Position numbers and translations under genes: made by a program. The notes under the pieces were generated by a model. That model was not told the origin of the DNA. It was given only the letters and a program-made list of their open reading frames with translations, and did not search any database. A stretch of DNA of 63,868 bases, counting the filler, from Octopus bimaculoides (Eukaryota): NCBI RefSeq assembly GCF_001194135.2. It is 4 parts of 4 records of this genome, joined end to end, with 100 filler letters (N's around TTAATTAATTAA, not from the genome) between each part and the next. Parts side by side here need not be neighbours in the genome. Positions count along the whole stretch, not along the records: positions 39,115 to 55,341 come from NC_068981.1; positions 55,442 to 63,868 come from NC_068985.1; 2 more parts are not named here. One strand, given 5' to 3'. Positions 47,465 through 63,819 of this stretch are shown one piece after another. The stretch's first letter is position 1, and every line of letters begins with the position of its first letter.

Positions 47465-48497
47465 CTAACGCAAACTTCGTGTTTCGCCCCAAAGAATTGG
47501 TCAAGAGCCATTCTCGCCGCTAACACGCCAGTCGCGATGCTTTACTAATCGCCTCTTCTAGTTTGCTAACTAGTTCGCCCTCTAATCTGTCTTTCTATTG
47601 CTAACTTTTTGTTAAACTCTATCGATTCTTCCCTAATCGCCCTCTTCAGGGCTATCCACCACCGGTTGTTAACGATTGCCCCCGTTAACTGCCGCTTAAC
47701 TAGTTCGCTAATCCGGTCCCTGTAGTCTTTGCGCGCCGGAAAGGACGCGTTCAACTTCCAGTAACCGGGTCCTTGTCTACGCTCCTATCTAAATCGACTA
47801 TGCAGATCACAAATTTGTGATCTGTGTAGCCGGTCAATTTAAATTGTGGACACCCTATGGTATCCTTTTCCGCTGACCTAACAAATACTCTATCTAGATA
47901 CGATCTGGATGATCCATTGTGATTGCTCCATGTCCACACTGGCACATCAGGGAAATCCAGTCGATACCTGTCAGAGAGCTGGAAGTTTCTGAGCAGGTAT
48001 TCTAAGCTTTTATACCCGCTTCCTTTATGAACAAGACCGGCACAGTCCTTCCGCACGTCCAAAATAATATTCCAGTACCCCACTATTACTAAAGTGTGAG
48101 ACGTTTCCAGGAATGTTTCTAGACGCCTGAAGAAATCTGACCTCCCAGCCCCTGACAGAGCATATACGGCCACCAATCTAAAAGTACCACCTTCACCGCC
48201 ATTCACATCTAGGGCTACCAACCTGCCGTCCGGGTCCAAAAAGATTGCTATTACTTTGAGATCTAAGGATTTTCGGAATAACACTGCTACACCGGCGCCC
48301 GCTCCCGACAAACCACAAGACGAGAATACCGCGTAGTCTTTGAAACTGGATGGAAGAGCATGTTTCCCGGCAATTATCGTCTCACTAGTTGGTATCACAT
48401 CTAAATTTAGGGACCTGAGATGGTTGAGCAGGTGATCCTGCTTCGAAACCGAACCCAAGAACCGAACATTTACACAGCCAACTCTGTAGCCATTCAA
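47465..48497 (-). mobile_element. L1/Tx1-clade LINE ORF2 APE endonuclease fragment
   Basis: 248-aa ORF with CVNVR, GVAVLFR, DPDGRLV, RLVAVYA, VWTWSN, SRSYLDRVF, TDHK. Confidence 0.85.
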
Positions 48498-48499
48498 CT

Positions 48500-49100
48500 T
48501 AGTGGAAAGAAAATGGAATTACGTATCTTGGTCTCCAGGGATGACTGTTGGCACAGTCTTCTTTTTGGTGGAGGGGGAGTGGGGAAGGGGTTTTCTAGGA
48601 AGCTTTTTGTTTTGGTATTTACTAAACCTTCGAATGTCCTGGGGGAATTTCTGTTTCAAATCAAGATACGTGTCCGCATCTGTTTGGATTAACAAACTGC
48701 TCGGTGGAGTTTTCTGGAGGAGTTCCGCAAAACCTCCTCCACTTATAATGTTTTTGTTATTAACTACTTCCTGAATCAATTCAATGTTACTCTTCTAAAC
48801 AACAGTGAAGTTGATGAAAGAAGCACGTGCCTGGGAGTGTGACTACTTGTCATTTTGTTTTTCGGGTGTTTCTTTTTGTTTTTGTGTTTCTTGTGTTTGT
48901 GAATGTGTTTGTAAAAATGGGTTGTCTTATGATGAAGATGTTGATGTTGGTGTTGATTTGTTTTTAAACTGGTGTTGTGACGGGTTTTGTTTTTTACTGT
49001 CATGTCTTACTAAATACTTAAATGAACGGGCTGCAACTAGCCGAAAGGCTTGATTAAACACTTACAAGTTACGGAGCTCCAACTTGTATGACTTCACAGG
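48500..49100 (-). mobile_element. Probable degraded LINE 5' end / ORF1 start abutting the Tx1 endonuclease
   Basis: Low-complexity T/Q/K-rich frame followed by IQEVVNNKNIISGG. Assignment weak. Confidence 0.3.
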
Positions 49101-49149
49101 CTGACGGCCATAATGATGATAATTATAATAATAGCAATAATAATAATAA

Positions 49150-49815
49150 TAAGCACACCCATCAGTGGCTACGGAACTCAGGGCTATAAGCAGAGGGCGA
49201 AGGCTTTATCTTGGCTGCCCAAGATCAGAGCTTATTAACCCGGAACTATGAAGCCAATGTGATGAAAAACGGTGTAGACTCAAAGTGCCGATACTGATAC
49301 AATGGGATAGAAACAGTCTACCCCCTAATCTCTGGATGTAAGGTTTTAGCACCTGTAGAGTACAAATCAAGACATGACAGAGTTGGTCAATATCTACATT
49401 GGATATTGTGTCGGCATTATAAAATCAAAACAACTGACAAATGGTACAATCACCACCCTGAGGTTGTAATTGAAGTAAAGAATGTAACTATTCTTTGGGA
49501 CTTCCCAGTATGTACAGACCGGACCATCAAAGCATATAAACGTTAATTGATTGACATGAGCATATCCTGTGACTATAATATCTCGGCAAAAGAATTTGAT
49601 AAGCTCAGAAAATGTAAAGATTTGCTAATCGAAATTGAAAAGATGTGGCATCTCAAGACGATTATAGTACCAATGATTGTAGGAGCACTTGGGATGATCA
49701 AAAGAGAAACTGAAAATTATCTAAGAATGATCCCTAGTTTACCATCCATGCAGGAAGTGCAAAAGATTGTCTTAACTGGTACGTCACACGTATTGAGAAG
49801 AGCATTGTCACCGTA
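49150..49815 (+). mobile_element. RLE-type (Dong-like) LINE 3' fragment, preceded by (TAA)n
   Basis: LAAQDQSLLTRNY, KCRY, SGCKVLA..EY..RHDRV, ILWDFP, LIDMSI, IVGALG, QKIVLTGTSHVLRRALS. Confidence 0.85.
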
Positions 49816-50038
49816 AATTTTCTTTCCTATTTCTCCCTTTATTTTATTTGTTTACTGTTCTATGTTTTACTTTTCCTTTTTCTCTCTGTCTTCCCCATTT
49901 TTTCTATCACATGACTTTGTAAATGAACAATCTGGTGTGCTTGTTTTAATGGCCTACCAATGTATACAGTACGTTTCTGTGCCCTAGATGTCAGGAAGAC
50001 ACTCGGCAGGAAATAGAAACAGAATTGAATGAAGGTGC

Positions 50039-50077
<39 letters not shown>

Positions 50078-50820
50078 GAGCACTATACTGGCTGCGCAAG
50101 ACCAAGCTTTGACCACGAACTGGAGGATCAACCTTAGGAATGAGCAAGTGTCTCTGCCGTGCTGCTTCTGCAATAGAGTGGTTGAAACCATTGCTTATTT
50201 CACGAACTAATGTCCTAGACTTGCCCAAAACCACTACAAGTTGTGGTGACACGATCAGGTAGCGAAAATGCTACATTGGAAACTGTGCGAAAAGTGGGGA
50301 CTAGAGAGAGGCAAGATGTTGTACGAAGATAAACCGCAGAGAGTAGAAGAGTTGGAGACTAGCAAAATCCTCTGGAATTTCCCAATCCAAACAGATCAGG
50401 TGTTAGAGCATAACATACCGGACCTAGTGGTGGTGGACAAGGTGTACCACATACGCAATGTAGTTAATGTTGCGTTCCCCTTTGACTCATGAATAGTCAA
50501 GAAGGATGGCGAAAAATATATATTTAGAATCCTCTTAAATACGAAATAGCCCGGCTTTGCAAAATGAAGAACGTGAAGACAGTGCCAAGTATTGTTAAGT
50601 CCTTGGGGACAGTCTCAGAAAGCATCAAGAGGGATATAAAGGAAATCGGAATAGAACTATTACAAAAGGTTTGCATCCTTAGCACGATCAGAATAATAAG
50701 GAAAGTATTAGATAACTGAAAAGAACGAATACCATGGTACCGTAGGCTTCAGACAGCAAGCCCGCTATGCATGCAAGACTTCAGGAGTTCCCAAAAAGCC
50801 TGAGATAAAAAGAACAACAA
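50078..50820 (+). mobile_element. RLE-type (Dong-like) LINE 3' fragment between (TAA)n tracts
   Basis: ILAAQDQALTT..CCFCNRVVETIA, HDQVAKMLHWKLC, KILWNFPIQTD..HNIPDLVVVDK. Confidence 0.85.
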
Positions 50821-50870
50821 CAACAACAACAACAAAAACATCAACGGCAACAACAATGATAACGATAATC

Positions 50871-50960
<90 letters not shown>

Positions 50961-50964
50961 TTAT

Positions 50965-51237
50965 GTTTGACTTTTGTTTTGCATTTATACAAGTTGGATC
51001 CAAGTCTCACACAGAGACCTCAAGAGACAACAAGTTAGAAGTTCATGTAGGTGTTATGCCTAGGGTACCATACATTTGGATTTGTACATAGTGCTGTTCT
51101 AGAGAATGTTTAAGAAACCATAAGAAAATTATGTGTTTGTTTTAAAATTTGAGATCACATAGACAGTATTTTACGTAGGATATGGGCAGTTCCCATGAGC
51201 ACTACCTTTTGAACTTCAGCCATTTTGGGGTTTCCTG

Positions 51238-51238
<1 letters not shown>
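50965..51238 (-). mobile_element. RLE-type LINE extreme 3' end with (TAA)n on both sides
   Basis: PGNPKMAEVQKVVLMGTAHILRKILSM* plus 3' UTR. ATT tracts at ~50922-50960 and ~51240-51290. Confidence 0.8.
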
Positions 51239-51293
<55 letters not shown>

Positions 51294-51339
51294 ACATCAA
51301 AAACTGACAGCAGGTGGTATAAGCATGAGTCAAACAAGG

Positions 51340-51690
51340 TATAAGACAAGGATCAGGCCACAATCAACTTGGATATGCCGGTTCAAACCGACAAAGAAAT
51401 CAAAGCTAATCGCCCAAAAATTGGAGAAAAACATACATTGTCAAAAAAGAAGTAGAGAAATTGTGGAAGTATAAAGACCTCGAAATTGAAGTATTCAAAA
51501 ATGTAGGGCATGAAGGAAAAAACAATGCCAATAATAATTGGAGCGTTGGACATGATAAAATTCATATGAACAAAACTATAGAAGCTATATTTGGATCCTT
51601 AACTATACACACTGTCCCCCAAAAACAAAACAGGCCTGTTAGAAACAGCCAACATCCTACTCAAGACACTATCAATTAATTACCTCGAGC
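51340..51690 (+). mobile_element. RLE-type LINE 3' fragment
   Basis: WDMPVQTDKEIKANRP, KLWKYKDLEIEV remnants. Confidence 0.7.
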
Positions 51691-52037
51691 ACACAATCAA
51701 TATTACTTTTCTACAGCATTCGACATATAGGGGAATTGAATCAGTGAGAGGGTCATAAGATTTGAAAAGTGAAACACGGCTTTTCCAGTTACAAAACCAC
51801 AAATATTTCAATATGGACAGCTGCAAACACTAACGGTGATGTACCAGGATATTAATGCTGTTATACGAATCAGCAATCAGAGAATGTGACACTGAAATCC
51901 ATTTGATTAAATCTGTAGGAGTAAACCAGTCCACTATGAATTACGTCATCATATTACAACCCTTTTCCAGCATGTTGTACAAATGAAATTTAAAAAATAC
52001 CTGCTAAGTTTCTGCCAGCTTTCAAAACGTGAGTTTT

Positions 52038-52152
52038 ATATTTTAATATCCATTCCGATTTTAAATTACTCGTGGTTTGATATTTTAATATCCATTCCGA
52101 TTTTAAATTACTCGTGGTTTGATATTTTAATATCCATTCCGATTTTAAATTA
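52038..52152. repeat. Perfect 42-bp tandem repeat, ~2.7 copies
   Basis: atattttaatatccattccgattttaaattactcgtggtttg starts at 52038, 52080, 52122. Confidence 0.9.
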
Positions 52153-52197
52153 TTTATGGTGAATGTTTCTCTTAAACATTTTATTATAGAAAGCTAT

Positions 52198-52429
52198 GTT
52201 TTGTCAGAGGAGAGTCATAATGCCTCAATATAACACACTCACCGACACAATTTCCACTCATTTATTTATCTATGTATTCCAGAAAGCTTTTTCATCGCTG
52301 CATTTGCGACCGTACCATTGGAATTTGACTCTGTCCAAAAATTAATAAATAGATAAATAAATAAATGAGTGGAAGTTGAACCGATGAGTGTGTTATATTA
52401 AAGTACTATGGCTCTCCCCAGACACAACA
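52198..52429. mobile_element. Foldback MITE-like element with ~75-bp imperfect terminal inverted repeats
   Basis: aatataacacactca and ttccactcatttatttat in the left arm are mirrored at 52349-52429. Confidence 0.7.
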
Positions 52430-52694
52430 GAATTTGTTTCATCTCACGAATTCACTCACATAAGGAGTCTTGAAAACCACATACAAAAACGAAATATAAA
52501 AGGTTGATTATTTCAATAAATAATGTTCTTGTTTTAATGTATATTATTAGGCACGGCTGTGTGGTTAGAAATCTCGCTTTGCACCTACATAGTTTCAAGT
52601 TCAGTTCCACTTTGCGGTACCTTGAGTAAATTAAACCCATACATATTAATATTTATACTAGATTGCAACAGAGGTCAACAGTGGTCAGTTACAG

Positions 52695-52890
52695 CAAGTT
52701 TGCTGAATGGTTAGCACGCGGGGCAAAGTACATAGCGGCATTTTACCCGTCTTTACGTTCCGAGTTCAAATTCCGTCGAGGTCAACTTTGCTTTTCATCC
52801 TTTCGGAGGAGATAAAATAAGTACCATTTGAGCAATGGGGCCGATGTTAGCGATTAAACCTTCCCTCGAACATACTGGTCTTGTATCAAA
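52695..52890 (+). mobile_element. SINE family B
   Basis: gagttcaaattccgtcgaggtcaactttgcttttcatcctttcggaggagataaaataagtacc. Confidence 0.75.
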
Positions 52891-53024
52891 ATTTGAAGCC
52901 AATAGTGGTCAGTTGAACTTCTTAATGTAGGTCTCATTTTCGTAACCATGCCCCACACCAACATTTTTGTCACAGCCTTCAGCCAACGTTTCACTGAATT
53001 CATTAAAGACTCCAATTCATTCCA

Positions 53025-53685
53025 CCCCGGTTCAGTGATCACGGGACAACTTGTGCATTGAACCGGTTCCCCACGATTCAGTGATCCCAGCACAGTTTGT
53101 GCATTGAACCGATTCTCAGGGTTCAGAAATCCCAGGATAGCTTGTGTATTAACCCGGTTCCCCACGGTTCAGTGATCCCAGGATAGGTTCTGTGTTGACC
53201 CCTTTCTCCACAGTTCCAAGATGCCAGGACAGCTTGTGTATTGAGCTGATAACTCACGGTTCAGAGATCCCAGAACAGCTTGTGTATTGAACCGGTTCCC
53301 CACGGTTCAGAAATCAAAGGATAGATTCTGCATTGACCCGGTTCGCACGGTTCAGTGATCCAAGGATAGCTTGTACATTGACCCGGTCCCCACGGTTCAG
53401 TGATCCAAGAATAGCTTGTACATTGACCCGGTTCCCACGGTTCAGTGATCCCAGGACAGCTTGTGTATTGATCCGGCTCCCCACGGTTCCGAGATCCAAG
53501 GATAGCTTGTGTATTGACCCGGTACCAACGGTTCACAGATCGCAGGACAGCTTGTGTACTGCTCCGGTTCCTCGCGGTTCAGAGATCCGAGGATAGCTTG
53601 TGTCTTGACCTGGTTACCCACAGTTCAGTGATCCTCGAACAGCTTGTTATTGACCCGGTTCCCCACGGTTCCGAGATCTCAGATG
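53025..53685. repeat. Diverged 45-46-bp GC-rich minisatellite, ~14 units
   Basis: Consensus cttgtgtattga(a/c)ccggttccccacggttcagtgatcccaggatag. Unit starts at 53050, 53096, 53141, 53187. Confidence 0.9.
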
Positions 53686-53828
53686 GCACATAAACGTGTT
53701 GGCATCCGGTTTGCGGAGACTTCAACTGGTAGCATTTGCATCTGCAAGTCGTTTGCAAATATATATGCACATATATGTATGTATGTTTGTATATATATGT
53801 GTGTATGTATATATATATATCCATATAG

Positions 53829-53899
<71 letters not shown>

Positions 53900-54779
53900 N
53901 NNNNNNNNNNNNNNNNNNNNNNNNNNNNNNNNNNNNNNNNNNNNNNNNNNNNNNNNNNNNNNNNNNNNNNNNNNNNNNNNNNNNNNNNNNNNNNNNNNNN
54001 NNNNNNNNNNNNNNNNNNNNNNNNNNNNNNNNNNNNNNNNNNNNNNNNNNNNNNNNNNNNNNNNNNNNNNNNNNNNNNNNNNNNNNNNNNNNNNNNNNNN
54101 NNNNNNNNNNNNNNNNNNNNNNNNNNNNNNNNNNNNNNNNNNNNNNNNNNNNNNNNNNNNNNNNNNNNNNNNNNNNNNNNNNNNNNNNNNNNNNNNNNNN
54201 NNNNNNNNNNNNNNNNNNNNNNNNNNNNNNNNNNNNNNNNNNNNNNNNNNNNNNNNNNNNNNNNNNNNNNNNNNNNNNNNNNNNNNNNNNNNNNNNNNNN
54301 NNNNNNNNNNNNNNNNNNNNNNNNNNNNNNNNNNNNNNNNNNNNNNNNNNNNNNNNNNNNNNNNNNNNNNNNNNNNNNNNNNNNNNNNNNNNNNNNNNNN
54401 NNNNNNNNNNNNNNNNNNNNNNNNNNNNNNNNNNNNNNNNNNNNNNNNNNNNNNNNNNNNNNNNNNNNNNNNNNNNNNNNNNNNNNNNNNNNNNNNNNNN
54501 NNNNNNNNNNNNNNNNNNNNNNNNNNNNNNNNNNNNNNNNNNNNNNNNNNNNNNNNNNNNNNNNNNNNNNNNNNNNNNNNNNNNNNNNNNNNNNNNNNNN
54601 NNNNNNNNNNNNNNNNNNNNNNNNNNNNNNNNNNNNNNNNNNNNNNNNNNNNNNNNNNNNNNNNNNNNNNNNNNNNNNNNNNNNNNNNNNNNNNNNNNNN
54701 NNNNNNNNNNNNNNNNNNNNNNNNNNNNNNNNNNNNNNNNNNNNNNNNNNNNNNNNNNNNNNNNNNNNNNNNNNNNNNN

Positions 54780-54853
<74 letters not shown>

Positions 54854-55441
54854 TATGCATGTATATATGTACGTATGTATGTATGTATGTTTGTATTTAG
54901 ATATAGATGTATAGGCTTGGCTAACCAAGCAGGAAAATGAAACTTGAAAGATGAGTATATGTTTATACACACTCTTATATATATATTTGTATGTATGTAT
55001 GTATATAAATGTGTGTGTGTGCGTGCGTGTGTGTATGTTTAATCGGTGGAAGATAAAGAATGTCTCAAGAGCCGAGGCTTGGTGCTAAATTCCTTTGCCG
55101 AGTACCAATGCACCAAACTTTCGGCGCATCAATCTTTTCACGTTGTGCTCAGTCTACTCAGCCGACGGTGAGTCCTCCTGTCTCTCCTCAACCCTTTGCA
55201 TCCCTGATACTCCACTTAGTGAGGAATGAGACGCCTATGTCAGCTAGCGATTACATTGATTCTTGAAACAATAGCAAAAGCGTGTTGCAAGCTATGAAGC
55301 AATAACCACTTGCAAGTCACGTCTAGGTATGTTTGCATATANNNNNNNNNNNNNNNNNNNNNNNNNNNNNNNNNNNNNNNNNNNNTTAATTAATTAANNN
55401 NNNNNNNNNNNNNNNNNNNNNNNNNNNNNNNNNNNNNNNNN

Positions 55442-55476
<35 letters not shown>

Positions 55477-55647
55477 CACATCTACCGACACTCTGAGATA
55501 TATAAACAGATGCACAAACTCTCACATACAAATACTTATATACACATAGACGCAGGTACAATCTAAACAGCTGTACATACGCTTCCAGACCCTCAAACAC
55601 ATGAGCAGATTAACACATACACACACACTCACAGAGAGAGAGAGAGG

Positions 55648-55692
<45 letters not shown>

Positions 55693-55702
55693 NNNNNNNN
55701 NN

Positions 55703-55748
<46 letters not shown>

Positions 55749-56335
55749 TTGAAATACAAGTATATCGACATATATATGTATATATATAGATGTATGTACA
55801 TATACTATTTCCTATACATACAGATGCACATATATACGAGGATATATAGAAATACATACATGTGCATACATATATTTGCATATACACATACACGCTCGCA
55901 TACGAATATAGATATATGAATAAATACATATATGGTGGTTGTCAACTCCTTATGCAGAGTTTAAGCACCTCCTATACCTACACCTTAGAACCATCATGGC
56001 ATCTGATGTGGCTTTTTAAATCCGACTATGTTTTTAAAAGACAACCACACAAATTGCATATCCGATTTGGATCAGCAAACTTTGTAGTTCTAATATTTGT
56101 GGATCTTAAAATACCTTATGAGGCCTTAGATTTGCAGGGCTTTTATCATACTTTGCATTGACATATATGTGCACAGACATATAGGTAGAATAGTTGATGG
56201 AAGTTCGTTTTCCATGGGTTCACAAATTGGATTTGACCCCAGCAAAGGAAAGGCATGGTCTGTCACAAACTCTGCACACAAAAAAGGCAATTGTGATTTA
56301 CCATCTTGATCGTAACATTCTTCTTTAAATCTCTG

Positions 56336-56371
<36 letters not shown>

Positions 56372-56392
56372 TGTATATGTATATATATTTTT

Positions 56393-56425
<33 letters not shown>

Positions 56426-56607
56426 NNNNNNNNNNNNNNNNNNNNNNNNNNNNNNNNNNNNNNNNNNNNNNNNNNNNNNNNNNNNNNNNNNNNNNNNNNN
56501 NNNNNNNNNNNNNNNNNNNNNNNNNNNNNNNNNNNNNNNNNNNNNNNNNNNNNNNNNNNNNNNNNNNNNNNNNNNNCATATATGCACATAGAACTACAAG
56601 CTTCCAT

Positions 56608-56987
56608 TGTTGGAACTCCGTCGCTTACGATGTCGAAGGTTCCAGTTGATCCGATCAACGGAACAGCCTGCTCGTGAAATTAACGTGCAAGTGGTTGAGC
56701 ACTCCACAGGCACGTGTTCCCTTAACGTAGTTCTCGGGGATATTCAGCGTGACACAGTGTGACAAGGCTGACCCTTTGAATTAAAGGCACAACAGAAACA
56801 GGAAGTAAGATTGAGATAAATTTGTGGTGAAAGAGTACAGCAGGGTTCACCACCATCCCCTGCCTGAGCCTCGTGGACCTTTAGGTGTGTACGCTCAATA
56901 AACACTCACAACGCCCGGTCTGGGAATCGAAACCTCGATCCTATGATCGCGAGTCCACTGCCCTAACCACTGGGGCATTGCGCCTCC
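56608..56987 (-). mobile_element. SINE family A, full length
   Basis: 15-bp TSD actacaagcttccat at 56593-56607 and 56988-57002. Confidence 0.9.
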
Positions 56988-57899
56988 ACTACAAGCTTCC
57001 ATATATAGAAGCATATAAACGCACTGATTTCCATATAAAGATGCTCGTAGACGCGTATACATTCATGGACGCACTTCTATGAAAACATAAAAAAAGGGGA
57101 GAGCCTAAATCACGTGTGTACAAAGACGCTCATGTATAAAAAAAATGTACATTTATACTACAATATGTTCATTTGCATCTTCATGCACATGGATGCAACT
57201 ATAATTATGCAGACAAATCACAATCTCACCCAGTCGTACACAAGATACGACCTACTAATAATTTCATGCGTTGGGGACTTAAGTTTAAGCAGAATTTTAT
57301 AACATGCCTTGTGTCTCCAATCAATGAGAACATGGTCTATTGAATTTACAAATCTGGACGCTGGAACGAAAGAAATCACAGGAAATAAATCCCGAAATTA
57401 GATGTAAAATTGGAAGGGTGAATAAACTGAAAAAGTAAAAGAAAAGAGAAAATTACAGATGTGTCCCCTTTCACCATAAAGCCGGAATACCACAATAAAA
57501 TTATTCTTTCTAGAATGATTCAACGGAGACGGCTGCAAGACAATATTTCAGTTCTCCAGAACAAATTTGTCCATGTTTTCATTTGGTGAAAATGTCTCAT
57601 CTGGAATTCAGTAGTGGGTAGAATGCTTATATCTAAAGAGAATATGCAACCTTTAAGCATTTACGGATGACATGGATATCTCTACCAGTTTTCATTTGAT
57701 TGTATGTGGAGTGGAGTCGACAAAATAAGGCTAGCCAACTTAGTGACTGAACTTTTGTTGATGAACTCGAAAAGGGATAAGTGGTTTGCCCAACGTCTTC
57801 TGATATCACGTTAGAAAAATTACACCTTGTTATGCGAATTAATGAGACTAGGTAATTTCCCTAATTCAATTTTATTCTCATAAGGCTAGCACTGATTGA

Positions 57900-59190
57900 A
57901 CTGTAGGCAGCGTTATTAGAAATTGTGATAGTCTTAAAATTTGGGGGTTTACAGTTAACCAAGTTCGTGTAAGATTGTTTAATGTGCTTGGGTGCAAAAC
58001 GTGTTGATTTATCGACTTTAAGTGTGGAATCCTAGTTTTATATAGAGGACTTGGTTTCGGCGTATAAGTAATCTGTACTTTATATCTATTTCAGCTGAGA
58101 GTCAGCTATGTTGTCAGACATTGCATACTTGCAGCTTCAGAACTTGAGTTGATACACTTTTCATCGTTTGATTGATGTTTGGTCTAGAATCGCAGGCTAC
58201 CGAGTGGACCTATTACACGATATTTCAGCCTTGTTCTAAGGATGGTATAAACTTGCTGAAATGCCAATATTTACATCTAAGAAGATGACAATTTTGGTAT
58301 TACGTTCGAAAATAAGAGAGAGATTGTAATTCTTAATGTTCGAAGGTTTTACGTGTGCGTTCCATGAGAGATACATGATATCCTACCAGTCCTATTGTTA
58401 GCGACTGACGCTTTGTTCTGAAGCATATGTGTAATCAGTTCAAAGACCAGGTTATCAGAATCACTCTGTCTAAACGATATATGCATAAACACACACACAC
58501 ATGCAGACACACACACATACACTTACACACACACGCACACACGCGCGCACACACACACACGAACTCATATATATAGTTCGTAAAAAAAACAGAAACGAAG
58601 GACAGTACCTATCTCATTATTATCCTTAATTAGTAAATTGACATCTAAATATTAATATTCTTTATATTATAACCATTTCTGGTGGCCTTAAGCTCACTAG
58701 GGTATATACTTTATAAGTAAAAATTCAAAGAAACCTTAATTAGGTATAAATATATCATCTATGTATCTGCAGCATCCATTAAGTTGTTTAAGCAAACCAA
58801 ATCTATCCCTGCAGGTAAGCCTTCAAAGAAAAAGAATTCGAATGATGAAAGATAATGGTCCGCCAATAGATGGTTACGTTTGTCTCCCACTGGAATTCCT
58901 CTAATCTGCTCAAACACGTTATCTGCAAACACAACAAACTAATTATCAATAATACAACTAACCAACTCTTTAATCTTTCTCTTATTTATATTAGTATATC
59001 CCTTATCACAACAATTAAACAAGAAATCTTTTACCATTCTTCAAAGACATATAATTATATCCTGTATAAAATACAATATCTAATATATTAAAAATACCTT
59101 CTTCTGCACATTTAAGCTTTAAGTTTGTATATAGCGTCGAAAAATCGTACGCATACATACTCTTAACCTTCTTGCGTTTAATCAGTCTAT
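57900..59190 (-). mobile_element. Old Penelope-like element (DFSTLYT-type RT)
   Basis: Minus-strand VKSMYAYDFSTLYTNL, QIRGIPVG....LLAD, IDDIFIPN. Boundaries approximate. Confidence 0.65.
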
Positions 59191-60194
59191 ATACACATAT
59201 ATACATGTATAAACATACATATACAAGTGTCTGTATATAATTATATACGCACGTAGCCACATGTATATGTATATATGTGTGTGTGTGTGTCTCATAGTCT
59301 TTTTCTATTGGTTCTCCCTCTTGAGACAAACTGTGTTTATAATACAAAACACAGAGACATTCTTGTTACACATATATACCTTTGACAAGCACTTTACACA
59401 GTCATGAAATATAAACCTCTACCCATTTATCTCACGTCAGGCTAACATCAAATTCTACAACTTTTTATTCTCATGACTAAAATGCATCTCTCACTTCCTT
59501 ATCGAAATAAATGATTGATTCTCTCTGAAAAGTTATATATACTCAACTCCAAGAATGGTATTTTTACAAGAAATAAGTCTGAAAGACATAAACACTATTA
59601 CACAAGTACAGTTATATGCTAATGGATTGATATATAGAGTATTAAAATGCAGGCATTGTGCAAACATTAGAATCTTAATTCAGAACATTCATAGAATATC
59701 TGTTTCTACAGAATAGTTACAAACACCAAGAAACACTTTAGTTTGATTAAAAGCAAAACGAATGAAATATGTTATTTGTTATCTTCTGCGACAGGATTAA
59801 CACTTTTCAAACTGACACTGAAATAAAAGCAACATTCAAATGATCTGTTTGCGTGTGTATTTATCAAAAGAAGACTGCAATATTCTAACCATTATATAGT
59901 GTTTGCTTTCAATGTTCTGGATTGAAATCATTCAGGAAGAGACTATTTAAAAGCAAATACAAAATTAAAAAAAAACTAAATATATATAACTTTAGAGACT
60001 GAAAAATACGTTGATTGATAGCTAAGAAAATTAACAGCAACGTTCTCCAAGGACTGAACTCAATATTTCAGCTCTTATGAAACCCTCGACACAAAGCTGT
60101 ACATTGCAAATCTTCGGGAAAAATATATCTGACCTGAACAATAGAAAGCAAATGCAACCTATATTTCACCTAAATTATTGAGAAACAACTAACA

Positions 60195-60261
<67 letters not shown>

Positions 60262-60270
60262 TAATAATAA

Positions 60271-60470
60271 TCCTTTCTACTATAGGCATAAGGCCCTGAA
60301 ACTTGGGGGAGGAGAATAATCGATAACATCGACGCCATTACTCAACTGGTACTTATTTCATCGACCCCGAAAAGATGAAAGACAAAGCTGACCCCGGCGG
60401 AATATAGCGGCAGGCGAAATACCGCTAAGCATTTTGCCCGGCATGCTAACGATTCTGCCAGCTCGCCAGC
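60271..60470 (-). mobile_element. SINE family B with a long (TTA)n tail at 60195-60270
   Basis: Reverse-complement match to the 26590 and 36171 copies. Confidence 0.8.
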
Positions 60471-60486
60471 TTCACAACAACAATAC

Positions 60487-60581
<95 letters not shown>

Positions 60582-60599
60582 TTCGTTCGACATCCTCAA

Positions 60600-63359
<2,760 letters not shown>

Positions 63360-63374
63360 ATAGTAATAATAATA

Positions 63375-63819
<445 letters not shown>

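Noticed and set aside
53025-53685. CRISPR-like appearance and periodic ORFs of the 46-bp array
   Set aside because: No unique spacers, no cas genes and a eukaryotic context. The ORFs come from unit-length variation.
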